Below, one piece after another: positions 29,799 to 38,599 of a stretch of DNA of 41,174 nucleotides (position 1 is its first letter; each line of letters opens with the position of its first letter). The translations under genes were made by a program, and so were the position numbers. This DNA comes from an uncultured Methyloversatilis sp. (GTDB lineage: Bacteria > Pseudomonadota > Gammaproteobacteria > Burkholderiales > Rhodocyclaceae). The stretch is from positions 1 to 41,174 of the forward strand of contig CAZPIE010000001.1 of NCBI GenBank assembly GCA_964586275.1, read 5' to 3'. The notes beneath the pieces are model-generated. The model did no database searches, was not told the DNA's origin, and worked only from the letters and a program-made list of their open reading frames with translations.

Positions 29799-30964
29799 AA
29801 TTGCGGCTGATCCTGCTGGCCGGCGTCACTTTTGCGGTGGGGGGCTGTGCCACCCTCGGCGATACCATCGACGCGCTCAATCCCTTTGGCAAGTCGACGC
29901 CCAAGGTCAAGCCGGCGCAGCTGCCCGATTTCAAGCCCAGCGCGGAACTGGTCCGCTCCTGGCAGGCGGGCATCGGCGCCAGCGGCGAATATGTCTTCAC
30001 GCCGGCGGTGGTCGGCGGGCAGGTCTATGTCGCGGCGCGCGACGGCGCGCTGGCGCGTTACGACAATGGTCGCCAAGTATGGCGCATCAGCGCGGGCCAG
30101 GTCCTGTCAGGTGGCGTGGGCGCCAACGACAAGCTCGTGGTGGTCGGCACGCCCAAGGGCGGGGTGCTCGCTTTCCAGGCGGAAGACGGCCGGCCGGCCT
30201 GGCAGGCGCGCGCGAGCTCGGAGATCCTCGCCGCCCCGGCAGTGCAGGGCGATCTGGTCGTGGTACGCAGCGGCGATGCACGCATCTTCGGTTTCGCCGC
30301 GGCCGACGGCAAGCGGCGCTGGGTCTATCAGCGCAGCACGCCGGCGCTCGCCTTGCGCTCCCACGCCGGCGTTGCCATCGCCGACACGGCCATTTACGCC
30401 GGTTTCCCCGGCGGCAAGCTGGTCGCCGTGGCGCGCAGCAATGGCGCGGCGCTGTGGGAATCGACCGTAGCCCAGCCGCGCGGCACGACCGAACTCGAGC
30501 GCATCGCCGACGTGGCCAGCGCCCCCGTCGTCGCTGGGGCCACGGTCTGCGCCGTCGCCTATCAGGGCCGCGTCGCCTGCTTCGACGCCGAAAACGGGCG
30601 CCAGCTCTGGGCGCGCGACGTTTCATCCGTTGCCGGCCTCGACATCGGCAGCCGCGCCGTTTTCGTCGCCGACGACAAGAGCGCCGTTCTGGCCTTCGAC
30701 CGCAGTTCCGGAGCCAGCCTCTGGAAGCAGGACAAGCTCGCGCGTCGCGGCCTGACGCGGCCGCTGGCGCTGGACAACCATCTCGCCGTCGCCGACTTTG
30801 CCGGTTACGTGCATCTGCTCGCCCAGGACGATGGCGCCTTCGCTGCCCGCGTGGCGACCGACGGCGCCGCGATTGTCGCCGCGCCCCAAAGGCTCGGGGG
30901 TCGGGAAGCCGCCTTGGTCGTGCAGACGAAGAGCGGCAGTGTGCACGCCCTGATGCTCAAGTAG
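29795..30964 (+). CDS. bamB: Outer membrane protein assembly factor BamB
   Basis: GTG start overlapping the yfgM stop; lipobox VGGC; PQQ-type propeller repeats; [15 protein letters not shown]. Confidence 0.93.
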   Translation: MKLRLILLAGVTFAVGGCATLGDTIDALNPFGKSTPKVKPAQLPDFKPSAELVRSWQAGIGASGEYVFTPAVVGGQVYVAARDGALARYDNGRQVWRISAGQVLSGGVGANDKLVVVGTPKGGVLAFQAEDGRPAWQARASSEILAAPAVQGDLVVVRSGDARIFGFAAADGKRRWVYQRSTPALALRSHAGVAIADTAIYAGFPGGKLVAVARSNGAALWESTVAQPRGTTELERIADVASAPVVAGATVCAVAYQGRVACFDAENGRQLWARDVSSVAGLDIGSRAVFVADDKSAVLAFDRSSGASLWKQDKLARRGLTRPLALDNHLAVADFAGYVHLLAQDDGAFAARVATDGAAIVAAPQRLGGREAALVVQTKSGSVHALMLK

Positions 30965-30983
30965 ATCAAGAGAAGACAAGCGG

Positions 30984-32309
30984 ATGTTGCCCACGCTCGC
31001 CCTGGTCGGCCGGCCGAATGTCGGCAAGTCGACGCTGTTCAATCGACTGACGAAGTCGCGCGCCGCGCTGGTCGCCGACCAGCCCGGCCTGACGCGCGAC
31101 CGCCACTACGGCCACGGCCGGCTCGGCAAGCGCGCCTTCCTCGTCGTCGATACCGGCGGCTTCGAGCCGCAGGCCAAGGAGGGCATCGTCCATGAAATGG
31201 CGCGCCAGGCCGAGGCGGCCATCGCCGAGGCCGACGTCCTGCTGTTTCTCGTCGATGGCCGCAACGGCCTGACCCCGCAGGACAAAGTAATCGCCGAGCG
31301 GCTGCGGCGCAGCGGACGGCCGCTGCACCTCGTCGTCAACAAGGCCGAGGGCATGAACCGCGATGTCGTCGCGGCGGAGTTCCACGAACTGGGCTGCGGC
31401 GAACCGCGCGTCATCTCGTCGGCGCATGGCGAAGGCGTGCGCGAACTTCTCGAGCTCGTGCTGGCCGATTTCCCCGAGGACGAGCCTGAAGAGACGCCGG
31501 ACACCGGGGTGCGCGTCGCCGTGGTCGGCCGTCCCAACGTCGGCAAGAGCACGCTGATCAATACCCTGCTCGGCGAGGAGCGCATGATCGCCTTCGACAT
31601 GCCAGGGACGACCCGCGATGCCATCGCCACGCCCTTCGAACGCAACGGCAAGCATTACACCCTGATCGACACCGCTGGCCTGCGCCGCAAGGGCAAGGTG
31701 TTCGAGGCCATCGAGAAGTTCTCCGTGGTCAAGACCCTCCAGGCGATCGAGGCGGCGAACGTCGTCGTGCTGATGGTCGATGCCAGCCAGGACATTTCCG
31801 ACCAGGATGCCCACATCGCCGGCTTCTGCATCGAGGCCGGCCGTGCGCTGGTGCTGGCGGTGAACAAGTGGGACGCCGTCGATACCTACCGCCGCGACCA
31901 GGTCAAGCAGGACATCATGCGCAAGCTCAATTTCCTCGGCTTCGCGCGCGTGCATTACATCTCTGCGCTCAAGGGGCAGGGCGTCGCGAGCGTGCTGCAG
32001 TCGGTGGACAAGGCCTACGCCGCGGCGATGGTCAAGCTGACGACGCCGAAGCTGACCCGGGTGCTGCTCGACGCCGTGCAGAAGCAGGCGCCGCCCCGGC
32101 ACGGCAACGTGCGCCCCAAGCTGCGCTATGCCCACCAGGGCGGCAGCAACCCGCCGGTCGTGGTCATCCACGGCAACGCGCTCGAGCACGTGCCTCCGGC
32201 CTACGTGCGCTACCTCGAGCACGTCTACCTGGAGGCCTTCAAGCTGCAGGGCACGCCGCTGCGCATCCAGTTCAAGATCACGAAGAATCCCTACGCCGAT
32301 AAAGACTAA
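30984..32309 (+). CDS. der: Ribosome biogenesis GTPase Der
   Basis: Two GRPNVGKS P-loops, [24 protein letters not shown]. Confidence 0.98.
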   Translation: MLPTLALVGRPNVGKSTLFNRLTKSRAALVADQPGLTRDRHYGHGRLGKRAFLVVDTGGFEPQAKEGIVHEMARQAEAAIAEADVLLFLVDGRNGLTPQDKVIAERLRRSGRPLHLVVNKAEGMNRDVVAAEFHELGCGEPRVISSAHGEGVRELLELVLADFPEDEPEETPDTGVRVAVVGRPNVGKSTLINTLLGEERMIAFDMPGTTRDAIATPFERNGKHYTLIDTAGLRRKGKVFEAIEKFSVVKTLQAIEAANVVVLMVDASQDISDQDAHIAGFCIEAGRALVLAVNKWDAVDTYRRDQVKQDIMRKLNFLGFARVHYISALKGQGVASVLQSVDKAYAAAMVKLTTPKLTRVLLDAVQKQAPPRHGNVRPKLRYAHQGGSNPPVVVIHGNALEHVPPAYVRYLEHVYLEAFKLQGTPLRIQFKITKNPYADKD

Positions 32310-32321
32310 CTGGAGGAAGCC

Positions 32322-32651
32322 ATGACCTATGTCGTGACCGAAAACTGTATCAAGTGCAAATACACCGATTGCGTGGATGTCTGCCCGGTCGATTGCTTCC
32401 GCGAGGGACCGAATTTCCTTGTCATCGATCCCGACGAATGCATCGACTGCACCCTCTGCGTCCCCGAGTGCCCGGCCGAGGCTATTTTCGCGGAGGATGA
32501 CGTGCCGGCCGAGCAGCGCGAGTTCATCGCCCTGAATGCCGAACTGGCCAAGCAGTGGCCGGCGATCATCGAGCGTAAGGCGCCGCTGCCGGATGCGGAC
32601 GACTGGCGCGGCAAGCCGGGCAAGAAGTCTCTCCTTGAGCGCTGCGGTTGA
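32322..32651 (+). CDS. fdxA: 7Fe-type ferredoxin FdxA
   Basis: [38 protein letters not shown]. Confidence 0.95.
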   Translation: MTYVVTENCIKCKYTDCVDVCPVDCFREGPNFLVIDPDECIDCTLCVPECPAEAIFAEDDVPAEQREFIALNAELAKQWPAIIERKAPLPDADDWRGKPGKKSLLERCG

Positions 32652-32705
32652 AGGCCCAGGGTGGCGTGATAGACTTGCCGCAAATCAGCATTTCATAGGT
32701 TCTGC

Positions 32706-33806
32706 ATGCCCGGCAATACCATCGGCACGCTGTTCAGCGTCACTTCGTTCGGCGAATCGCATGGCCCGGCCATTGGCTGCGTAGTCGATGGCTGCCCGCC
32801 CGGACTCGAGATCAATGTGACCGAGATTCAGGTCGAGCTCGATCGCCGCAAGCCGGGCACTTCGCGTCATGTTACCCAGCGGCGCGAGGCCGACGAGGTC
32901 GAGATTCTCTCCGGCGTCTTCGAGGGCAGGACCACCGGCACGCCGATCGCGCTGCTGATCCGTAATACCGACCCGCGCAGCAAGGATTACGGCAACATCG
33001 CCCAGACCTTCCGGCCTGGGCACGCCGACTACAGCTACTGGCAGAAATATGGCATCCGCGACTACCGCGGCGGCGGCCGCTCCTCCGCACGCGAGACGGC
33101 GGTGCGCGTCGCCGCCGGCGCGATCGCGAAGAAATGGCTGAAGGAGCGCTATGGCGTCACGATTCGCGGCTGGATGAGCCAGCTCGGTCCGCTCGAGATT
33201 CCCTTCGTTGATGCGGCCGAGATCGACCGCAATCCCTTTTTCGTCCCGAACGCGGCCATCGTGCCCGAACTCGAGGCCTATATGGACAGGCTGCGCAAGG
33301 ACGGCGACTCGATCGGTGCGCGCATCGAGGTGATGGCCACCGGCGTCCCGCCGGGATGGGGCGACCCGGTCTATGGACGTCTCGACGCGCAGATCGCCTA
33401 TGCGATGATGGGCATCAACGCCGTCAAGGGCGTGGAGATCGGCGCCGGTTTCGAGTGCGTGGCCCAGCGCGGCAGCGAACATGGCGACGAACTGACGCCC
33501 GAGGGTTTCCTGAGCAATCACGCCGGCGGGGTCCTCGGCGGCATCTCGTCCGGACAGGACGTGACCGTTTCCATCGCCATCAAGCCGACCTCGAGCATCC
33601 GCCTGCCGCGCCGCTCGATCGATCTGGAGGGCCGGCCAGCCACCGTGTCGACCGAGGGGCGCCACGACCCCTGTGTCGGCATCCGTGCGACGCCGATCGC
33701 CGAAGCGATGCTGGCGCTGGTGCTGATCGATGCCGCCCTGCTGCACCGGGCGCAGTGCGCGGACGTGCACTGTCCCACCCCCGTCATCCCGGCAAAGGCG
33801 CCTTAG
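32706..33806 (+). CDS. aroC: Chorismate synthase
   Basis: FGESHG, RPGHAD, RSSARET, GRHDPC. Confidence 0.98.
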   Translation: MPGNTIGTLFSVTSFGESHGPAIGCVVDGCPPGLEINVTEIQVELDRRKPGTSRHVTQRREADEVEILSGVFEGRTTGTPIALLIRNTDPRSKDYGNIAQTFRPGHADYSYWQKYGIRDYRGGGRSSARETAVRVAAGAIAKKWLKERYGVTIRGWMSQLGPLEIPFVDAAEIDRNPFFVPNAAIVPELEAYMDRLRKDGDSIGARIEVMATGVPPGWGDPVYGRLDAQIAYAMMGINAVKGVEIGAGFECVAQRGSEHGDELTPEGFLSNHAGGVLGGISSGQDVTVSIAIKPTSSIRLPRRSIDLEGRPATVSTEGRHDPCVGIRATPIAEAMLALVLIDAALLHRAQCADVHCPTPVIPAKAP

Positions 33807-33879
33807 GGAAGCCGGATGCCGCCTGATAGAATTTGCTTCGATTTCAAATAACCCACGACAAACAGGGAAGAAAACTGCC

Positions 33880-34143
33880 ATGCACGTCGATCACCACGAT
33901 CTCTATACCGAATTCCCCGACATGCGCGACGCCATCGATGCGATGAAGGCCAGCTATCCTTACTTCGCGGCGATGGCTTCCCGCTATGACCGCCTGACCG
34001 GCAAGGTCGAGGATCTCGAAGAGCACGACATGCCCATCGCGGACTTCACGCTGGAAGACATGAAGAAGGCGCGCGTCAAGCTGAAGGACGACATCTATCA
34101 TTACCTGCAGGCGTTCCGCGTCGGCCAGAAGCACCCTGCCTGA
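33880..34143 (+). CDS. YdcH/DUF465-like small protein
   Basis: HDLYTEFP, LEDMKKARVKLKDDI pattern; ATG at 33880. Confidence 0.75.
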   Translation: MHVDHHDLYTEFPDMRDAIDAMKASYPYFAAMASRYDRLTGKVEDLEEHDMPIADFTLEDMKKARVKLKDDIYHYLQAFRVGQKHPA

Positions 34144-34161
34144 TCGTCCCCGGGGCGGAGT

Positions 34162-35307
34162 GTGAGTCCGCTGGGACGGCTTTCCGCCTGGTATTTTTTC
34201 TACTTCGCCTTCGTCGGCGCTTTCGCGCCGTACTTCACGCTTTACCTGCAGGACATCGGCCAGTCGGCCTGGGAGATCGGTGTCCTGATGTCGGTGCCGC
34301 AGGTGATGCGCCTGCTGGCGCCGAATCTCTGGGGCTGGCTGGCCGATCGTCTCGGCCGCCGCGCCGCGGTCGTCAAGTTCGCCGCCCTCGGTTCGGTGCT
34401 CGGCTTCTGCGGTTTCTTCTTCACCCGCGAATACCTGCCGATGCTGGCGGCAATGACGCTGGTCTGGTTTTTCTGGAGCGCCGCGTTGCCGCTGGTCGAG
34501 GCGATGACGCTCGACCGCCTCGCGGGTCAGACCGAACGCTACGGCCGCATCCGTCTTTGGGGTTCGATCGGCTTCATCGTCAGCGTGCTCGGCTTGGGGG
34601 CTGTGCTGGATTACCTGCCGATCGTCGCCGTGCTCTGGGCCTGCCTGTTCATCCTCGCCAGCGTGCTGGCCAGCGCCCTGACCCTCGCCGAGACCAAAGT
34701 CGGCGCTGGCGGGACGGCACCCCCCGTGGCCGACCGGCTGCGGCGACCGGCGGTGATGGCACTGCTGGCCGCCTGCTTCTTCATGTCGGTGGCGCACGGG
34801 CCGCTCTATGTCTTCTACTCGATCCATCTCGTCGATCACGGTTACGACAAGATGGCGGTCGGCATGCTCTGGTCGCTGGGCGTGGTGGCGGAAATCTTCG
34901 TGTTCATGGCCATGCCGCGCCTCATGAAGCATTTTTCGCTGCGCGGCATCTTGCTCGCGAGCTTCGCTCTCGCGGTGCTGCGCTTCCTGCTCATCGGCTG
35001 GGCGGCGGATCATGCCTGGGTCCTGCTGTTCGCCCAGATCCTGCATGGCGCGACCTTCGGCGCCTATCATGCGGGCGCGATGGCGGCGCTGATCCGCTGG
35101 TTCGAGCCCGCCCAGCAGGCGCGGGTGCAGGGGCTTTACGGCAGCATTTCCTTCGGCGCCGGCGGCATGGTCGGCGGTTTGATCAGCGGCCAGGCCTGGG
35201 ATACCCTGGGGGCGGGCATGACTTACACGCTTGCCTCGCTGTTCGCCGCGTGCGGCCTGTTACTGGTCTGGCGCGGCCTGTCATCGGAATCGCTGGCACG
35301 GCGTTGA
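34162..35307 (+). CDS. MFS transporter (HcaT/LacY-like)
   Basis: 12-TM pattern, WGWLADRLG, YGRIRLWGSIGF, LGVVAEI, QILHGATFG. Confidence 0.9.
   Translation: MSPLGRLSAWYFFYFAFVGAFAPYFTLYLQDIGQSAWEIGVLMSVPQVMRLLAPNLWGWLADRLGRRAAVVKFAALGSVLGFCGFFFTREYLPMLAAMTLVWFFWSAALPLVEAMTLDRLAGQTERYGRIRLWGSIGFIVSVLGLGAVLDYLPIVAVLWACLFILASVLASALTLAETKVGAGGTAPPVADRLRRPAVMALLAACFFMSVAHGPLYVFYSIHLVDHGYDKMAVGMLWSLGVVAEIFVFMAMPRLMKHFSLRGILLASFALAVLRFLLIGWAADHAWVLLFAQILHGATFGAYHAGAMAALIRWFEPAQQARVQGLYGSISFGAGGMVGGLISGQAWDTLGAGMTYTLASLFAACGLLLVWRGLSSESLARR
34697..34718 (+). repeat. 22-bp family A motif copy 6, in the MFS central loop, read as KVGAGGTA
   Basis: AAGTCGGCGCTGGCGGGACGGC. Confidence 0.93.
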
Positions 35308-35314
35308 GGTGAAA

Positions 35315-36088
35315 ATGAAAAGATTATTTCTGGCGGGTTTGCTCGCCCTTCTGCTGGCCGGCTGCGGGAATGTGCCGGTGACCGGCCGCTCGCAGTTGCT
35401 GATGGTTTCCGAGCAGCAGGAAATCAAAATGGGCCTTACCAGCTTTCGGGAGATCCTGGGCAAGGAGAAACTGGAGACGGATGCCGAGGTCAATGCCCGC
35501 GTGCAGCGCATCGGCCAGCGCATCGCGGCGGCCACGGGTCGCAACGACTACCAGTGGGAGTTCAAGGTCATCGACAACGACAAGTCGATGAACGCCTTTT
35601 GCCTGCCCGGCGGCAAGGTCGCCGTCTATACCGGGATCCTGCCGGTCGCCCAGGACGATGCCGGCCTCGCCACGGTGATCGCTCATGAAGTGGCGCATGC
35701 CATCGCCCGCCACGGCGGCGAGCGTTTGAGCCAGGAAATGGTCGTCGCCGGGCTCGGCGTGGCGACGGTCGTGGCTACCCACGATTCGCCCAACCGCGAT
35801 CTGTACGTCGGCCTGCTGGGCGCCGGTGCGGCGGTCGGTTTCCTGCTGCCCTATTCGCGCCTGCACGAATCCGAGGCGGACCGCATGGGGCTCATCTACA
35901 TGGCCAAGGCGGGCTACGATCCGCGTGCCGCGCTGGGTTTCTGGCAGCGCATGGCGGCCGCCGCGAAAGGCAAGTCGAAGCCGCCGGAATTCCTTTCCAC
36001 GCACCCGGCCGACGAAACGCGCATCAGGGAGATCGAGCGCTGGATGCCCGAGGCATTGAGTCATTACCGGCCGCGTCCCGGAAACTGA
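35315..36088 (+). CDS. M48-family zinc metallopeptidase lipoprotein
   Basis: Lipobox LAGC; NAFCLPGG, HEVAH, YSRLHESEAD, FLSTHP. Confidence 0.93.
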   Translation: MKRLFLAGLLALLLAGCGNVPVTGRSQLLMVSEQQEIKMGLTSFREILGKEKLETDAEVNARVQRIGQRIAAATGRNDYQWEFKVIDNDKSMNAFCLPGGKVAVYTGILPVAQDDAGLATVIAHEVAHAIARHGGERLSQEMVVAGLGVATVVATHDSPNRDLYVGLLGAGAAVGFLLPYSRLHESEADRMGLIYMAKAGYDPRAALGFWQRMAAAAKGKSKPPEFLSTHPADETRIREIERWMPEALSHYRPRPGN

Positions 36089-36157
36089 GCCTTCAATGGG
36101 GGGGAGGGGCGGGAAGAAGGCCCCTGTGCGATAATTTTCCATTTTTTGGAGACGACC

Positions 36158-36277
36158 ATGAAAAAGCTGCTGTTGTTCATTGCCGCGACGCTTTTCCTGG
36201 CCGGATGCAATACCGTTCAGGGCATCGGCAAGGATATCGAAAAAGGTGGCGAGGCCATCCAGAAAGCCGTCAAGTAA
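36158..36277 (+). CDS. Entericidin A/B-family lipoprotein (39 aa), absent from the ORF track
   Basis: [46 protein letters not shown] with lipobox LAGC and the CNTxxGxGKD signature. Confidence 0.9.
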   Translation: MKKLLLFIAATLFLAGCNTVQGIGKDIEKGGEAIQKAVK

Positions 36278-36305
36278 TCCCCGCTGCCGTCAGACAGGAA
36301 TCGAC

Positions 36306-37358
36306 ATGAAAATTTGTGTGCTGCCCGGCGATGGCATCGGCCCGGAAATTACCGCCGAAGCCGTGCGCGTGCTGAATGCGCTCGGCCTGAAGTTCGAAAT
36401 GGAAGAGGCGCTGCTTGGCGGCTGCGCCGTCGATGCGACGGGCAATCCCTACCCCGAGGCCACGCAGAAGCTGGCGCGCGCCGCCGACGCGGTGCTGCTC
36501 GGCGCGGTCGGCGGCCCGCAGTGGGACAACAATCCGCGCGAACGGCGCCCCGAACGCGGCCTCCTCGGCATCCGCAAGGATCTCGGCCTGTTCGCCAACC
36601 TGCGTCCCGCCGTGCTCTATCCCGAACTCGCCAACGCCTCGACGCTCAAGCCCGAAGTGGTGGCCGGCCTCGACATCCTGATCGTGCGCGAACTGACGGG
36701 CGACATCTATTTCGGCCAGCCGCGCGGCATCGAGACGCGCAATGGCGAACGCGTCGGCGTCAATACGATGGTCTATTCCGAGAGCGAGATCCGCCGCATC
36801 GCGCGCGTCGCCTTCGCGGCCGCCCGCAAGCGCGGCAGGAAGGTCTGCTCGGTCGACAAGATGAACGTGCTCGAATGCACCCAGCTCTGGCGCGACGTCG
36901 TCAACGAAACCGCCAGGGACTATCCGGACGTCGAGCTGTCGCACATGCTGGTGGATAACTGCGCGATGCAGCTGGTGAAGAATCCCAAGCAGTTCGACGT
37001 CGTCGTGACCGGCAACATGTTCGGCGACATCCTCTCGGACGAGGCCTCGATGCTGACCGGCTCGATCGGCATGCTGCCCTCGGCCTCGCTGGACGAGAAG
37101 AACAAGGGCCTGTACGAGCCGAGCCACGGTTCCGCGCCGGACATCGCGGGCAAGGGCGTGGCCAACCCGCTCGCGACGATCCTGTCGGCCGCGATGATGC
37201 TGCGCTATACATTCGATAACGAGGCGGCGGCGAGCCGTGTCGAGAATGCGGTGAAGAAGGTGCTGGCGCAGGGTTTCCGCACCGGCGACATCTACGAGCC
37301 TGGCATGAAGCGGGTCGGTACGAAGGAAATGGGCGACGCGGTTCTCGCGGCGTTGTGA
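36306..37358 (+). CDS. leuB: 3-isopropylmalate dehydrogenase
   Basis: [34 protein letters not shown]. Confidence 0.97.
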   Translation: MKICVLPGDGIGPEITAEAVRVLNALGLKFEMEEALLGGCAVDATGNPYPEATQKLARAADAVLLGAVGGPQWDNNPRERRPERGLLGIRKDLGLFANLRPAVLYPELANASTLKPEVVAGLDILIVRELTGDIYFGQPRGIETRNGERVGVNTMVYSESEIRRIARVAFAAARKRGRKVCSVDKMNVLECTQLWRDVVNETARDYPDVELSHMLVDNCAMQLVKNPKQFDVVVTGNMFGDILSDEASMLTGSIGMLPSASLDEKNKGLYEPSHGSAPDIAGKGVANPLATILSAAMMLRYTFDNEAAASRVENAVKKVLAQGFRTGDIYEPGMKRVGTKEMGDAVLAAL

Positions 37359-37383
37359 GATTCAATTGCAGAGGTAAGGCGAA

Positions 37384-38505
37384 ATGAAAAAGCTAGGTCT
37401 GGTCGGATGGCGTGGCATGGTCGGCTCGGTGCTCATGCAGCGCATGCGGGAAGAGGATGATTTCAAGCTGATCGAGCCGGTGTTCTTCACGACATCGAAC
37501 GTCGGCGGCCAGGGGCCGGCGGAAGCCGGCGGCGTGCCGCTCAAGGATGCCAAAGACATCGCGGCGCTCAAGCAGATGGACATCATCATCACCTGCCAGG
37601 GCGGCGATTACACCAAGGAGGTCTTCGGCCCCTTGCGCGCGGCCGGCTGGAACGGCTACTGGATCGACGCCGCCTCGAGCCTGCGCATGGCCGACGATGC
37701 GATCATCATCCTCGATCCGGTCAACCTCGGCGTCATCAAGGCCGGACTGGCCAAGGGTGTCAAGAACTACATCGGCGGCAACTGCACGGTTTCGCTGATG
37801 CTGATGGGCCTCGGCGGCTTGTTCCATCACAACCTGGTCGAGTGGATTTCGGCGATGACCTATCAGGCCGCTTCGGGCGCCGGCGCGCAGAACATGCGCG
37901 AACTGCTGGCCCAGATGGGCGTGTTGCACGATGCGGTGAAGGCGGAGCTGGCCGACCCGGCCTCGGCGATCCTCGACATCGATCGCAAGGTGGCCGAGAC
38001 CATGCGTTCCAGCGCCATGCCGACCAAGAACTTCCGTGGCGTGCCGCTCGCCGGCAGCCTGATCCCCTGGATCGACGTGCCGGTCGAAGGCGGCCAGTCC
38101 AAGGAGGAGTGGAAGGGCGGGGCGGAGTGCAACAAGATTCTCGGCAAACCGGCATTCCGCTCGCCCGGCAGCATTCCGATCGACGGCCTGTGCGTGCGCG
38201 TCGGCGCGATGCGCTGCCATTCGCAAGGCCTGACCATCAAGCTCAGGAGGGATATGCCGCTTGACGAGTTGAGCGACATCATCGCCAGAGGCAACGATTG
38301 GGTGAAGGTCGTGCCCAACGAGCGTGAAATATCCGAACGCGAACTGACGCCCGCTGCGGTGACCGGAACCTTGACCGTTCCGGTCGGCCGCCTGCACAAG
38401 CTGGCCATGGGGCCGGAATATCTCGGCGCCTTCACCTGCGGCGACCAGCTGCTGTGGGGGGCGGCCGAGCCCCTGCGCCGGATGTTGCGAATTTTGCTCG
38501 GATAA
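37384..38505 (+). CDS. asd: Aspartate-semialdehyde dehydrogenase
   Basis: [39 protein letters not shown]. Confidence 0.97.
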   Translation: MKKLGLVGWRGMVGSVLMQRMREEDDFKLIEPVFFTTSNVGGQGPAEAGGVPLKDAKDIAALKQMDIIITCQGGDYTKEVFGPLRAAGWNGYWIDAASSLRMADDAIIILDPVNLGVIKAGLAKGVKNYIGGNCTVSLMLMGLGGLFHHNLVEWISAMTYQAASGAGAQNMRELLAQMGVLHDAVKAELADPASAILDIDRKVAETMRSSAMPTKNFRGVPLAGSLIPWIDVPVEGGQSKEEWKGGAECNKILGKPAFRSPGSIPIDGLCVRVGAMRCHSQGLTIKLRRDMPLDELSDIIARGNDWVKVVPNEREISERELTPAAVTGTLTVPVGRLHKLAMGPEYLGAFTCGDQLLWGAAEPLRRMLRILLG

Positions 38506-38599
38506 TCATATTCGGCATATAAGGCAAAGGTCGAGCTTGCGCCTTTAACTTCATGATGTTATTTTGAATACCGTCCACCCACACCCGGCGGGGTTGATT

